Source: Eledone cirrhosa
Lineage: Eukaryota
Direction of reading: 5' to 3'
DNA: 64,000 bases
NCBI GenBank assembly: GCA_964016885.1
Contig: OZ024742.1
Location: forward strand, 140,740,001-140,804,000
Position numbers and translations under genes: made by a program. Below, piece by piece: positions 24,863-38,980 of this stretch. The notes below the pieces were generated by a model. That model searched no databases. It had not been told where the DNA came from and saw nothing but the letters and a program-made list of their open reading frames with translations. Position 1 is the stretch's first letter, and each line of letters begins with the position of its first letter.

Positions 24863-27800
24863 ATATGTGTATACATGTATTTTTTCTAAATTATTATCAT
24901 TAAATATATGTGTTAATGGATTGGGTGTGTAATAATACAGCAGCTAATAGGCTATACAAGTATGGAGAATGAAATGGAGAGTAGTTAAATATGGTATATG
25001 TAATAGTGTTATATTGTTGGTGATTATATGAGACAGATTAGAAGCATATATTTATAACAATATGCTGAATATTTTAATATTTGAATGTATGCTGTAGTGT
25101 TTCTATAGTATTTGTTTTATTTTTTATTTATTTATTGGAATAAGTACATCATACCAATGTGTGTCATAAGAGATGACAATGGTTTGGCAACAGGAAGGGC
25201 ATCCAACTGTAAAACATTTCCTCAAAAAGGACCCTATGTTGGGTATGATACTTGTCATAGGACCTGCAAAACTAACTCTTGCTTTAGCAAGGAAGATTGT
25301 CATAAAATAATCATGTTGTTTAATCAGGGAAGCAAGTCAGTGCTCATGAACCTTTCCAGGGACTATGACACTGGTGGGAGAAAGGTATCCTCAAACTGGA
25401 GACCAGGGTCAAATGCATGCAACAGAGTACATTCCACTAAATGAACCCAAGGACTTGGTTGTGATGTTAAACTGGGTGACAAATTAAGTCTACCACTCAA
25501 GTGGGCTACAGAGGCATGTGAAGTCAGAACCAAAAAGTCAGAAGAAATACCACAAGACATTTAGTTAGATGTTTTAACCATCTGACCAACCCATCATGCA
25601 AAACAGGTACTTCTTTGAAAAGATGAAAGGCAAAGTTGGCCTTGGCAGAATTTGAACTCAGAGCACAGATATTTGGAACAAACACTGCAAGGCATTTTTA
25701 TCCTATGCTCAAATGACTCAGCTAATTTGCCATAGTAAGGCAATGTTAGTTGGTTAGGTTATCAAAATTATCTTTGTATCCTACTGAAAACAAGAGCATC
25801 AAACCATAAATAAATAAATACTCATGATTTGAAACCTAATTTAAGATAATGAAACAACAACAACTACAACTACAACTACTACTACTACTATAACAACAAC
25901 AGCATAAAGTTATTCAATAATAGTCTTCACACATTCAATAACCAATGAATGTTCTCTTGAATTAGTTGCAGCACACTCTCTTGTTACATTGATCTCTAAA
26001 TTGTTGTTTACTGTAGCAAAACATTTTGGAATGCATGCTTCAACAAGAAACATAAAAAGGTAATTGAAATCAATTTACTGAAACTTAGCAGAAAAATTAC
26101 TTTACTATATATAATTTTTCATTACTTTTATTGACTCTTTATGAAACAACTACCTGTCTAAAAACCTCAGTTTTTTGTCTTTATATATTTTTTGCTTGTG
26201 TACAATAAAATTATGAAAACTTATTTGCTCAATTTCTACCAGCTCAATGTTATCTCTAAATGGGTTCTTTGTCTTTTTTGGTTCTACCAGGTTTCTGTAA
26301 CAACATTTTAATCCTTTGATACCAAATCTTCTGAAACCGCATGTTGTTCAATAATACAAAACTCTTTATTTTAAAGTGTTTATATTGATATTTATCTAAA
26401 AACTTTTCATCATAATTTTATCTAAGAATTTTGTAAGTTAGGCTAGATAATTCTTGTTTGTTAGTTATATACAAAATAAATAAAAGAAACTAAGAAAAAA
26501 TACCCATCTTTTCCAAATCCATTTAAAGTATGTAATTTTGTTAAATCATACTTTAGATAGAGTAATGCAAATTGGCGAAGGAAAGTTTACACTAAATAAA
26601 CTTTAACTTGAAGATCTTTAATTTGTTGTCATAAGATCATTAGAGATCCAGATTTAATTAACTGTTGTTTGTGATTGAAGTGTAATTAATTATCATTTTT
26701 AATTATTAAGTTCAATTTACTGAGTCATAATTGGAGAATTAACAATTTCATATGTATTTTCTTGCTGCTTGTGATATTAACAAATCAATAATATGAAAGT
26801 GTGAACACTGAGAGGCTGAAGTGCTAAATTAACTATTTTGTTACCAAACCATTTTACATATAGATGAGCTATAAGTATGGCCTAATGTTTTCGATTCTTA
26901 TCCAATCCCTTTTGGTTTTGCTAGCTGTTTGCTATATACATCTCAGCTCACAGGTTATGTTCAGCAACCAGTAGGTGAGAATAGGGATACAAATTTTGTT
27001 GATCAGTCTGGTTTTTGACTGAGGGCTAAGCCTTGATGAACCTGCATTCTGTATTCCTCACTAAATTCATTACTTACTCTCAATTTATGACAGCACTTCT
27101 GTGCATGGTTTGCACTGCTCCCACAAGCCACTCATCTACACCAAGTATCTATAAGGATCACTAGATAATAGATTGTGATAGTCTATCAAAAGCCTTTTCA
27201 AGATTTATAAAAGCTAGTAGGTGTGTGTGAAGGCACATGGCTCATGTTGTAACGTCATGAGTTCAATTCCTGGTAGTATGTTATGTCCTTGAGCAAGATA
27301 CTATATTTCCTGTTGCTCCTGTCCACTCAGCTGGAAAAGACGAATTGTACCTATGATTTAAAGGCCCAGCCTTGTCATACACCATATCATGCTAAATCCC
27401 CTTGCACTTTAGTTTCATGAGCAGTATGTTCCTTTGATCAAAGAACTAGAACACACATTGTCAGAACTGATGAAGGTTCATGTATATATATATACACTTG
27501 CACACAGACATGTGTGTTTATTAAACACACACACACACGTCTGCATGCAAGTGTATCTCTCTCTCTCTATATATATATATCACACACACATACGCACATT
27601 TCAACCCTTGCTTGCTAGCAGGAAAAACAGCTTGTGAAATGTTGTGTATGTGTATGTATGTACATGTATATTTGTGTTCATGTATATACACATGTGGAAG
27701 AAACAAGTGGAGTAATATGTTGTATACATTCATCAGGTTTTTTCAGAAAAAAAAAACCAAAATGTAAATTTGCTGTTTAGTTGACTTATATGGGCTTCAA

Positions 27801-29374
27801 TGTCTGCTTGTGTTTGTTTTAGACAACCAAGTGTTTTCATTGCAGCTTAAATACTTCAAAAACTCTAATATTTAAGAGCTCATTTTAAATTGATATAAAA
27901 ACAATCTTGAGATTATAAAAACAAATTAAAAAAGGTATAACACTAATTAATACTTGTTCAAATAGATTGAGAAGTTGTTAGATTGTATTAAATATTGATA
28001 GATAAAAAATATGAATGTATTGATGTTTACAATATAAAGCTATTCATTTATAAGTAGTCACACTGAATGTAGAGGAAATATCTTGAGCAAAATACCAAGA
28101 ATACTGTGGCAGGGAAATATACTTTTAATAATAGAAATCATTGAATGTTTTCGTTTTTAGCAAACTCTTACTGTTATTTTTATGTCCACTTTTCCAAGCT
28201 TGCATAGGTTGGACAGATCCTTTTCAGCATAACATCTCTCCACTCATCGTGTCCCTTCATCATCATCTCTGTGAGCCTCAGTAATTTAAGATGCCAGCTT
28301 GATTATTGTTAAGACTATTAATGACTACCTCTCTAATGCTTGTGCCATGATAAAATATGCCTTGTACACCTAGGAAAGTGGTTGGTGGAAGAGAATCCAG
28401 CAGTAAAACCCATGCCAAATATGGAATGCATGAGTGGGACAGGGTCCTTTAACCAATCTACACTTGGACTTTAATGTCCAATACAGCCTATGCCAGCATG
28501 GAAAATGGATGTAAAAGGAAGATGAATGATGATTATTGTTGTTAATAGGAGGCTATTAAAAGAATTGGTGCTAGAAAGATTGTAAAACATCTCAAAAGAG
28601 ATGCCATGAAGATGATGAAGCCTTTCATGGGGCCCACAGGGCTAACCTTGCTTCAGTGGGGAATATGTGTGATTTGAGTGAAATTTAGCTGCTATTTGTA
28701 GCAAATCAGATGGCTAGACAGAGGTTCCTTCATTTATTCAACTGTCCTTATTGTTTGTTATAGGAGAGGGAGAAGCATGAAGTATCTACCTCACTTGATT
28801 AATTCTCAGATCTCTGAAACTGAAATTAACACCTTCATGTTTACTGATTGAGGTTCAGTATATAGCCCTATGAATTTAGCTCTTTGTAGATCAGTTAGGC
28901 ACTCTATTTCTTTCTGAAATGTAGCTCCACTATCAGGACTTCCATAGCATCTCAATGCTTTGTTGAAAAATTTAATGAAAATGTTGTGATGAGAAATGAA
29001 ATGAGATGGTTGGGTTGTGTGTTGAAAAAAAAGATGGAAGTGATTGGGTGAGAGGGATAGTCCTAGTGATGAATGTTGTGAAGAGAAACGGTATGAGATT
29101 GTTGGGCCCTATATTGAGGAAGGAGGAGTAATGAAAATAAATGTGGAAGGAAATAGGGGAAGCGGAAGACCAACAAAATATAGTTAAAGTTAATGGAGGA
29201 GGAAATAAAAGCCAAGCGGTTGATGATGGTGTGGATGGGGGTTCAGAGGATAGGGCAAAATGGAAAAGCTTGTTATGGGGTCTGCTTTATCAGGGACATG
29301 GCCTTAAAATGATTGTTGTTCTAGACAGACTACATTCAGGAATGCATGTCTTGGGATCATTATTGATAGTTTAA

Positions 29375-29560
29375 GGCGGTGGATTGGCAGTATCGGTTGA
29401 GGGTCGGGCGCCATGCTTTCCAGCATAGTTACGTCCCTTTACGATCTGAGTTCAAATCCCGCCGAGGTTGACTTTGCCTTTCATCCTTACGGGGTCGATA
29501 AAATAAAGTACCAGTAATGCACTGGGTAATTGCTGGCCTTGTGCCTAAAGTAGAAACAAT
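29375..29560 (+). mobile_element. Young tRNA-derived SINE (~185 bp), full length
   Basis: A-box-like tggcagtatcgg, B-box gagttcaaatcc, core gactttgcctttcatccttacggggtcgataaaataaagtaccag; TSD attattgatagtttaagg (29359-29376 / 29559-29576). Confidence 0.9.
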
Positions 29561-30039
29561 TATTGATAGTTTAAGGAAAAGCAGAAGTATGAAGTATTTT
29601 TATTGACTGATACAGTTTTAAAATGTTGCCTGATATACATATATATTATAAATAATTTATATCATCATTATTATTTTTATGTCTGTTTTACCATGCTTGC
29701 TTGAGTTCAATCAAATTGCTATGCTGCAGATGTATTGTTGATGGGGGACATAAACAACTTGGTCATTGCTTGCTTGATAAAGGGTCTTGATATGATGTTT
29801 GTAATGACTGGCATACACAAACACATATACATTATATACATATAATGTATATATGTTTTGAGACTTTTTCTTTGCAGGCACTTATAATTGACCTATATAA
29901 CTGTCACTTTAATACATCATTGATATGGTTATAATAAGCTAGCATGCTAAATCTTTTTTCCAAGATGAAGGTTCAGGTCACTACAGCACTTTAAACACTA
30001 TCCGTCATACACTTCTTGTCACAGCTGACTGGTTCCACA

Positions 30040-30860
30040 ATGCAGTCAGGACGTGAGGACAACTTGGAGGTTCAATAGGCAATAAAGTTTTGTGTGTAGC
30101 TTAGCAAAAATGCTACAGAAACCTATGAAATGGTCAAAACTGCTCACCGAATAACTTTTATGAGCTGGCACAAGAGGTTCCAGGAGAGTAGGGAGCAGAT
30201 GAGGAATGATGAGAGGTGTGGCAGAGAGAGGGATATCAGGACAACAAAGTTGGTTGACAAAATTCCCAAATTTCTGGATGAGGACCATCGTGCATCTCTT
30301 CTGATGATTGCTAAACAACTTGAAGTGGCTAAGGGCACTGTGTACAGAGTCAATCATGACAATCTAAAAATGCACAAAGTTTGTTCCCAGAATGTTCAAT
30401 GAATATGAAAGGCAGAGGTCAGTTGATGACAGCAGGGAGACGGTTGAGTGGATCGTTTCAAATTTAAGTGCATTTGAGTTTCTGGTAACTGGGTCTACTA
30501 TTATGATCCAGAGACCAAGAAAGCCAGGCAAAGCAGGTTCATGGGGAAGCTCTTGATGATTTCATTCTTTAACATCAAGGGCATCATCTACATCCACTGG
30601 GTCTCCTAAGGCCAGACAGTCAACAAAGAGTACTATGTAGAGGTTTTGAGGCAGCTCAGAAAGAGATTTTGTTGCAAGAAACCAGAACACTTCAAGTCTG
30701 GTCAGTGGCACCAGCACCAAAACAAAGTCTCTGCCACAAATCCATCCTGGTGATGAAAAACTTGGCTGATATGGGGATCAAGACTGTCTCCCATCCTCCC
30801 CACAGTCTAGATTTAGTTCAATCAACTTCTGGAGGTTCCCAAATTTGAAGGAGAAGCTCA
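30040..30860 (+). pseudogene. Degenerate mariner transposase
   Basis: From ATG 30040: ...AIKFCV*LSKNATETYEMVKTA...WHKRFQESREQMRNDERCGR...NLKMHKVCSQ; later pieces WVYYYDPETK, GQTVNKEYYVEVL and HPPHSLDL. Multiple stops and frameshifts; TIRs not resolved. Confidence 0.88.
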
Positions 30861-31748
30861 GGGTTTCAAATTGTGATTTCAATTCTTGGGCTGGGTTGTG
30901 TCTTGTGTTCTTGAACAAAACACTTTATTTCATGTTGCTTCAGTATACTCAGCTGTAAATGAGTACCAGCAATAGCTGGGGGTTTAACCCTGCAATGAAC
31001 TGATGTCCTGTCTCAGTAGCTTCACGCCATGAAGCACCGGCCTAATGAGCCTTCTGGTTTAAGACAGACTTTAGACTGTACCTATTGCTACTGATAATAT
31101 ATTTATAATATAACAAATACAATAAATGGATACTCTGTTGGGTTCAATGATGAGCATTCAGTTGTTTGATCAACTGATCATCTGGTTCATTAAATTAACA
31201 TGTAAGTGGCTGACTTTTCTACATCTAGATTTACCCATATTATAATAATCCACTAGCTGAATGAACATGACATAAGGATGTTGGATATTTGGACTGCATA
31301 TACAAACCAACTGGTTGGCTTCCACAGTTTCCATCAATCCAATTCCACTCAGAAGCATTGGGTTGATCTGTTGCTATAGTAAAGACACCATGCAGTTGGA
31401 TTAAACCTGGGACTTCATGAATGCTAAGCAAAGCAAACTTCTTAATCCCTGCATCTAAATACAATAGAACAGCATAAACAGATACAGTTTAAACCTTTTT
31501 GATATTAAACTGCATGAAATCACTGCTGATTGTATGATATAAATATGTTTTTAAATGTTTATATTTATCTAAAAACCTTCCATGATAATTTTATGTAAGA
31601 ACCTTTGTTAACTTATATTCCAAACATCTGCTTAATAATGAGAAAGGTATTACTAAATCTTTCCAAATCATTGATTATTTTCAAAATGATTTCAGTAATT
31701 TTCATTAGAAATAGAGTAATGAAAGGTTATTGAAGCTTTATGTACAGC

Positions 31749-31751
<3 letters not shown>

Positions 31752-31812
<61 letters not shown>

Positions 31813-33867
31813 AGGGAGATGGAGAGAGGGAGACGGAGAGAGGGAGATGGAGAGAGGGAGACGGAGAGAGGGAGATGGAGAGAGGGAGATGGAGAGAGGG
31901 AGACGGAGAGAGGGAGATGGAGAGAGGGAGACGGAGAGAGGGAGACGGAGACAGAGAGAGGGAGATGGAGAGAGGGAGACGGAGAGAGGGAGACGGAGAG
32001 AGGGAGATGGAGAGAGGGAGATGGAGAGAGGGAGATGGAGAGAGGGAGACGGAGAGAGGGAGACGGAGACAGAGAGAGGGAGACGGAGAGAGGGAGACGG
32101 AGAGAGGGAGATGGAGAGAGGGAGATGGAGAGAGGGAGATGGAGAGAGGGAGACGGAGAGAGGGAGATGGAGAGAAGGAGATGGAGAGAGGGAGATGGAG
32201 AGAGGGAGATGGAGAGAGGGAGATGGAGAGAGGGAGATGGAGAGAGGGAGATGGAGAGAGGGAGACGGAGAGAGGGAGACGGAGAGAGGGAGATGGAGAG
32301 AGGGAGACGGAGAGAGGGAAACGGAGAGAGGGAGATGGAGAGAGGGAGACGGAGAGAGGGAAACGGAGAGAGGGAGACGGAGACAGAGAGAGGGAGATGG
32401 AGAGAGGGAGATGGAGAGAGGGAGACGGAGAGAGGGAGATGGAGAGAGGGAGACGGAGAGAGGGAGATGGAGAGAGGGAGACGGAGAGAGGGAGATGGAG
32501 AGAGGGAGACGGAGAGAGGGAGACGGAGACAGAGAGAGGGAGACGGAGAGAGGGAGACGGAGAGAGGGAGATGGAGAGAGGGAGATGGAGAGAGGGAGAT
32601 GGAGAGAGGGAGACGGAGAGAGGGAGATGGAGAGAAGGAGATGGAGAGAGGGAGATGGAGAGAAGGAGATGGAGAGAGGGAGATGGAGAGAGGGAGATGG
32701 AGAGAGGGAGACGGAGAGAGGGAGATGGAGAGAAGGAGATGGAGAGAGGGAGATGGAGAGAGGGAGATGGAGAGAGGGAGACGGAGAGAGGGAGATGGAG
32801 AGAGGGAGACGGAGAGAGGGAGATGGAGAGAGGGAGATGGAGAGAGGGAGACGGAGAGAGGGAGATGGAGAGAGGGAGACGGAGAGAGGGAGACGGAGAC
32901 AGAGAGAGGGAGATGGAGAGAGGGAGACGGAGAGAGGGAGACGGAGAGAGGGAGACGGAGACAGAGAGAGGGAGACGGAGAGAGGGAGATGGAGAGAGGG
33001 AGATGGAGAGAGGGAGACGGAGAGAGGGAGACGGAGACAGAGAGAGGGAGACGGAGAGAGGGAGACGGAGAGAGGGAGATGGAGAGAGGGAGATGGAGAG
33101 AGGGAGATGGAGAGAGGGAGACGGAGAGAGGGAGATGGAGAGAAGGAGATGGAGAGAGGGAGATGGAGAGAGGGAGATGGAGAGAGGGAGACGGAGAGAG
33201 GGAGACGGAGAGAGGGAGATGGAGAGAGGGAAACGGAGAGAGGGAGATGGAGAGAGGGAGACGGAGAGAGGGAAACGGAGAGAGGGAGACGGAGACAGAG
33301 AGAGGGAGATGGAGAGAGGGAGATGGAGAGAGGGAGACGGAGAGAGGGAGATGGAGAGAGGGAGACGGAGAGAGGGAGATGGAGAGAGGGAGATGGAGAG
33401 AGGGAGATGGAGAGAGGGAGACGGAGACAGAGAGAGGGAGATGGAGAGAGGGAGACGGAGAGAGGGAGATGGAGAGAGGGAGACGGAGAGAGGGAGATGG
33501 AGAGAGGGAGACGGAGAGAGGGAGACGGAGACAGAGAGAGGGAGATGGAGAGAGGGAGACGGAGAGAGGGAGATGGAGAGAGGGAGACGGAGAGAGGGAG
33601 ATGGAGAGAGGGAGACGGAGAGAGGGAGATGGAGAGAGGGAGACGGAGAGAGGGAGACGGAGACAGAGAGAGGGAGACGGAGAGAGGGAGACGGAGAGAA
33701 GGAGATGGAGAGAGGGAGATGGAGAGAGGGAGACGGAGAGAGGGAGATGGAGAGAGGGAGACGGAGAGAGGGAGATGGAGAGAGGGAGATGGAGAGAAGG
33801 AGACGGAGAGAGGGAGATGGAGAGAGGGAGATGGAGAGAGGGAGATGGAGAGAGGGAGATGGAGAGA
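31752..33867. repeat. (GA)n leading into a 14-bp satellite GAYGGAGAGAGGGA, ~145 copies
   Basis: Directly visible. Three units give the 14-aa periodicity of the stop-free ORFs in the track. Confidence 0.97.
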
Positions 33868-34794
33868 GTCTTCCCGTATCACAGATTGCAAATTCTGAAG
33901 TGCAGTAGCAGTGCTTTATTAATTTTTTTAATGGTAAACGTTGTAAAATAAAGACTATGATTTGATAGTAGACCCTAGACTGGAAATAATTTATAATGGT
34001 TGATTTTTCTCTCAGGAAATTAATTCAACTTTAGATCATACACAAAAAACTGAAAGAGATGGACACAGTATTCCACATGTGGGAGAACAATTACATACCA
34101 TAATGTATTTTGATTTTGTGGATAACTGTTCAGGGTTAAAAATACATATTTTTAGCTCAGAAAAAGGAATTGCTTATGGAATTAGAGTAATCACTAATGG
34201 GATTAGATGAAAATTCTACATTCAACTCTCATAGGAATTGCCTGTAGAATCTACTTTTCTACTCCACATCTCAAATGTATTTTTTCTTCTATCTTTAGGC
34301 TCTGCACTGAACAACATGCAAAGTTATTTTTTCCCTAAGACTGATGCATTCTATTAATTCCTTTTTAAAATGTGTTTCTTCATTTCTAATCTTTTCAAAG
34401 TCCTTAATTGAATTTAAACAGAAAACAATTAAAAAAAATAAAAGCCACTAAGATAAAAAGACTTGAAAGCAGAATACCAAGCTGTCAACACATTGCTATG
34501 AAAATATAAATTGTCAGAAAATAGTATTTTTTAAAAGACTAGATAATTGAGACGGTCAATTTTTATATTGAGCTTACTTTATTTCTTTTGTTCTTAATAC
34601 AGTGGTGGGGGGGTATAAGTTGAGTTTAATTAAAACTAATTAGCAATAGAAGTTTTGATTGTTGTACAATAGAATGTAATTATATTAATTGTTGTTGAGT
34701 AGCTGCTCTCAACTTTACTTCAATAGACTATTGGTCATTAATTCTAACCTTAGCTATCTTGCGTGTGTGTGAATATATGTATGTATATATGGAG

Positions 34795-35140
34795 TCAGCA
34801 TGGTCAAATGGTTAAGGAGTTCACTTTGCCATCATTAGGTCCTAGGTTCGATCCCACTGCATGGCATCTTGGGCAAGTGTCATTTACTATAGCCCAAGTT
34901 GACTCTTGCCTTATGAGTGAAATTGGTAGATGGGAACTGTTTGGAAACCCATCATTTTGACTGTACTTGTAATTCAAAAGGTTAGTCTTGTCACACACTA
35001 TCACACTGAATCTCCCTGAGAATTTATGTTAAAGTAAATGTGTCTGTAGAATATTCAGCCACTTATAGATTAATTTCTTGAGCAAGCTATTCTATTGATT
35101 GAACAACGGGAAAACTCCTCATCAAAACCAATGGAGGATC
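34795..35140 (+). mobile_element. Older tRNA-derived SINE families (compound; related pieces at ~15480-15610, 27220-27480, 31130-31450, 36450-36600, 37050-37370, 40950-41270, 51960-52265, 62420-62710)
   Basis: tggtcaaatggttaagg...ggttcgatccc (A/B boxes), cttgggcaagtg motif, followed by a second recurrent repeat (aattcaaa...gccactt...ttaatttc). Confidence 0.65.
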
Positions 35141-36773
35141 ATTTCATGTATGTATGCATGCTTGCTGTGTGATTCTAGTTTAGAAGAGGTAAACCATGTC
35201 CTTGCTTGTCATAAGAAGTGACTAAAAAGGGTTATGCCAGGAAGGGCATCTATGATGATATGAAGCTTGTCCTCTGTTATAACTAGGAAAATGGCTATAA
35301 AACACTTGTTGTTGGTGAGAAGTTGCTGTTAACTTTACTTCAAAAGACTAAATATCATTTCTAGACTTAATCACTGTCTACTGTGGATATGCTGTTTTAC
35401 TGTTTTAAGATTCAGGCATGGTGTTTAAAAAAAGAAGAAAAAGGTTTACATTTTTAAAACAAAGGAGAGTTGTTGAGGCAAAGAATTTGGCAGCATTGAG
35501 ATAGGGCTCTCTGACTAGTCAGAAGTTGGAGAAGAAGTAATTCCAAATAAGATCTGACTTGAACTGTAATACCTTGCTCAACACATACCATTATGGAAAG
35601 TGGATGATGATGATGGTGGTGATGATGACAACGGGTTGAGCAACTACGTAGACGTCTAGTGGACTTTATCAAATTTGACATATACAGAAAATGACTGATT
35701 TATATTGGGTAAAGTAAAAATCATGAGTGAATAGCCAACAGTTCTCAAAGACAAATAGCAATAAAGAGATTTAGAGTGAGATCTAAGAATATTAGGCCAG
35801 CATGGAAAAAATAGCAATGATCAGATATTTCTTTTATTCTATTACTGGTTTTAGTCATTAAATAGTGGCCATGCTAGGTCATCGCATTGAAGAGATTTAG
35901 TTGATTATAATATCAGAATTGTTTTTCAAGTCTATTACCTATTTATTGATCACCCCTTGTCACACCACTAAAAAAATGTAAACACAGACACATACACACT
36001 ATATATATATATATATCACGATGATGATGAAGATTTGTATATGTATATATTATTTTATATGCATGTATGTATGTAAGTGTGTTTACATTTACTTAGTGTG
36101 TGTTTGGGTTTACAAACACGAGGAAATGAGTGCTCAACACCAAAGTAGAAAATGTTATACATTTACTATATTACTGAAATTTCTCTCTGTTGCTATTCTG
36201 AGTTTTGTGAACTGCAGCATGATCAGTGGCAATCTATAAAGCTCAGAGTCGTAACAAAGAGAAACCTTAGTAATATAATATATATATATAGTTATCATAA
36301 TATCGATGTTAGTTGATTGTCAGTGTTGTATTTGAACACTGCAAGCAATAAACTATGTTGAATCTATCTAAATAAGATCTGAGATCACATAAACTGGTAT
36401 CCTCTGGAGTATTGGTATATTAATAAATATGAAGACATATATGTATATGCAACAAGCTTCTGTACTGTTTACGCTTACCAAATTTCCCTTGCAAGGCATC
36501 ATTTAATCTGAGGCTATAGTACAGGGTATATGCCCAAGTTACCATGCAGTGGAACTGAACCTGAAAATAAGTGGCTGCAAACACAGCCATGCCTGCACCT
36601 ACAAAAAAATGCATTTCTACAGATCTGATCAAATTAAGTCAGCATAGATAACTGGCATCTAACTATTGTTGATGGTAATGATTAGGTGGTGAAAATGATG
36701 AGAGATGCTGGTAGTGGTGACAATGATATTAGCTAAAGCAACATCCAAAGATATAAGTTTGAAATAATCTTAC

Positions 36774-36942
36774 CCAAAGTTTTGAGGGAGTGTTAGAAGA
36801 TCTCCAACACCAAAATAATCCACACCACTTGGTTTTGATAAGTCATCTAAATCCATTTGTTGGTAAATGGCACCCGAGAGATCCCTTTTATCACATATTA
36901 GTGGATGGAAAGGCATAAGTGATGGCTTTGTCAGCCGCATCA
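36774..36942 (-). CDS. TRAPPC13: TRAPPC13 (trafficking protein particle complex subunit 13) internal coding exon, putative exon 2, 169 nt
   Basis: Minus strand: acceptor ttttgttttattttcag, then tg|ATG CGG CTG... translating (V)MRLTKPSLMPFHPLICDKRDLSGAIYQQMDLDDLSKPSGVDYFGVGDLLTLPQNF(G), then donor GG|gtaag. Matches the TRAPPC13 N-terminus as I recall it (LKVMRLTKPTL...LGEMLTLPQNFG). Missed by the ORF track. Confidence 0.95.
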
Positions 36943-38208
36943 CTGAAAATAAAACAAAAAAGAAAAATTAAAAGCTATACAAATCATGCAGGTAAATGAA
37001 ATAACAGACTAGAAAGAACTAAATAGCACATAAAACAGTTGACTCTGTAAAACTCAATGGACTTCCATTGGTTTTGATGATAAGTGTTCCAGTTGCTCCA
37101 TCAACAGAATAGACTGCTCATGAAATTAACATGCAAGTGGCTGAGCATTCCACAGATATCTGTACTCTTACCATAATTCTCAGGTAGAATGACACAGTGT
37201 GTGACAAGCTGGCCCTTTGTAATTAGAGATACAATGCATCCAATAGGCTACCAAACAGTTTTCATTTACCCAATTTCCCTCACAAGGCAAGGGTTAACTC
37301 ATGGCTATGGTAAATGACACTTGCCCAAGATGCCCCATAGTGGAATCAAACCCAGGACCTAATGAAATTCAAGGTCAACTCAATATGTTCAAATTCTACT
37401 GAAGTGACATCATAGAATAGTGAGAATGCTTTGATTTTGCAATGCACAAGCAACTTCATTTGTGCCGGTGCAATGATAAAAACCCAGTATGTCCTGTAGA
37501 GTGTTTGGTAAATGAGATAATGTAGGACAAGAAGACTCCTTCTGACAAAGGACAAAACAACCTCACTTTTGCTGGCACCTCAATGAAATGTACCCAATAC
37601 AATCTGTAAAGTGGTTGGTGTTAGGAAAAGTATCCAGCCTCGGAAATTATGCTGAAACATGAAAAATGTGAGCGAAATGTGTTTCTCCAGCCATCAAGGA
37701 TGGCAGTAACTTTGAATAAGAACCAACTGTTTTAAATAGTTTATCCCATTAGAAATATAGCCATGAAAAGGTTAATTATTTGAAATAATTCTTTGGAATT
37801 AGAAAAAGCAGTGCATTATTGGGAATTTACCAAATAAGAAACCTAAAGGCTAAAATTCCCAACTCTAGAGAAAAAGAAAGCTGAAATAAATAGTTTTATG
37901 TTACAAAAAATATAACAAAAAATATTCTATAGGTGAATTTGTTTGGAAGCAGTAAGCAATTTATTGGATTCTGCTATGTTTAACATCTTCAAACAATTTC
38001 ATTTGTTCTGAAATAAATACTAGTAAATAACACAGTGTTTAACAGAAGGAATAAGGAACAGTTATTTTATTCACCAAATTGTAACAGTTTGTGAATTATA
38101 TACATGTAAGGTGGTGGTGTATATGTATATTTGTGTGTCTGTATTTACACAACACATGCTTAGCAACCAATTTTTCTTGAGTATGTCCCTGTAACTGGCA
38201 CCAACCTT

Positions 38209-38692
38209 ATCATCATCATCATCATCACCGTTTTACGTCCATTCTTCCATGCTAGCATGGGTTAGACGGGTTGTCCTGTTGTGGGCAATGCCAGGTCAGG
38301 TGACCATGTCTTGCTCATACGGGAACTGATTTTGGCTTGATTTCTACAGCTGGATGCCCTTCCTAACACCAACCTCATTTACAGTGAGTACTGGGAGCTT
38401 TTTAACCACGGTGCCTACACAACCACTTTACAGTGTGGATTGGGTGGGTGCTTTTTTGTTGTGACACCTACATGACCACTTTGCAGTGGGAGGGGGTGGG
38501 AGCATATTGTCTATATGCTTCAGCTTCGGCTTGTACCCGTGGGGAGTTGGGTCTTCACACGGCAGAGGTCTCGGTCGTGTGTCATCGCCTTTGAGAGGTG
38601 CAATTGGGCAAGGTCAGCTTTTATCACCTCATCCCAGGTCTTTTTGGGTCCCCCCACTCCAAGGCTTCCATCGACTTTTAGTGCTCTGCAAC
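38209..38692 (-). mobile_element. RTE LINE 3' end fragment
   Basis: (CAT)n tail and UTR matching the 22.6-22.9 kb copy; the end encodes CRALKVDGSLGVGGPKKTWDEVIK on the minus strand. Confidence 0.8.
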
Positions 38693-38904
38693 TTTATATA
38701 TATATATATATGCTCATGCACACATAGGTAAAAGGGGAAAGTGAAAGACATATACATACATCTAGTATTTTGAACATTTCCACACCCAACATCTTTTTAA
38801 AACCTTATTTTAAATTGTATTTCATGAATTCCAGATATAAATTTTAGAACAATTTTGTGAAACTCTTGCTTTTTTGTGTGGGTTGGTGGATTGATTTATT
38901 GATT

Positions 38905-38921
38905 GAGAGAGAGATAGAGAA

Positions 38922-38977
<56 letters not shown>
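38905..38977. repeat. (GA)n microsatellite
   Basis: Direct reading. Confidence 0.95.

Positions 38978-38980
<3 letters not shown>

Noticed and set aside
29375-29470. tRNA gene
   Set aside because: A/B boxes are present but there is no cloverleaf; it is the head of a dispersed SINE with a TSD.
31738-33951. Four 697-733 aa ORFs
   Set aside because: They are stop-free translations of the 14-bp satellite on both strands, with no domain content.
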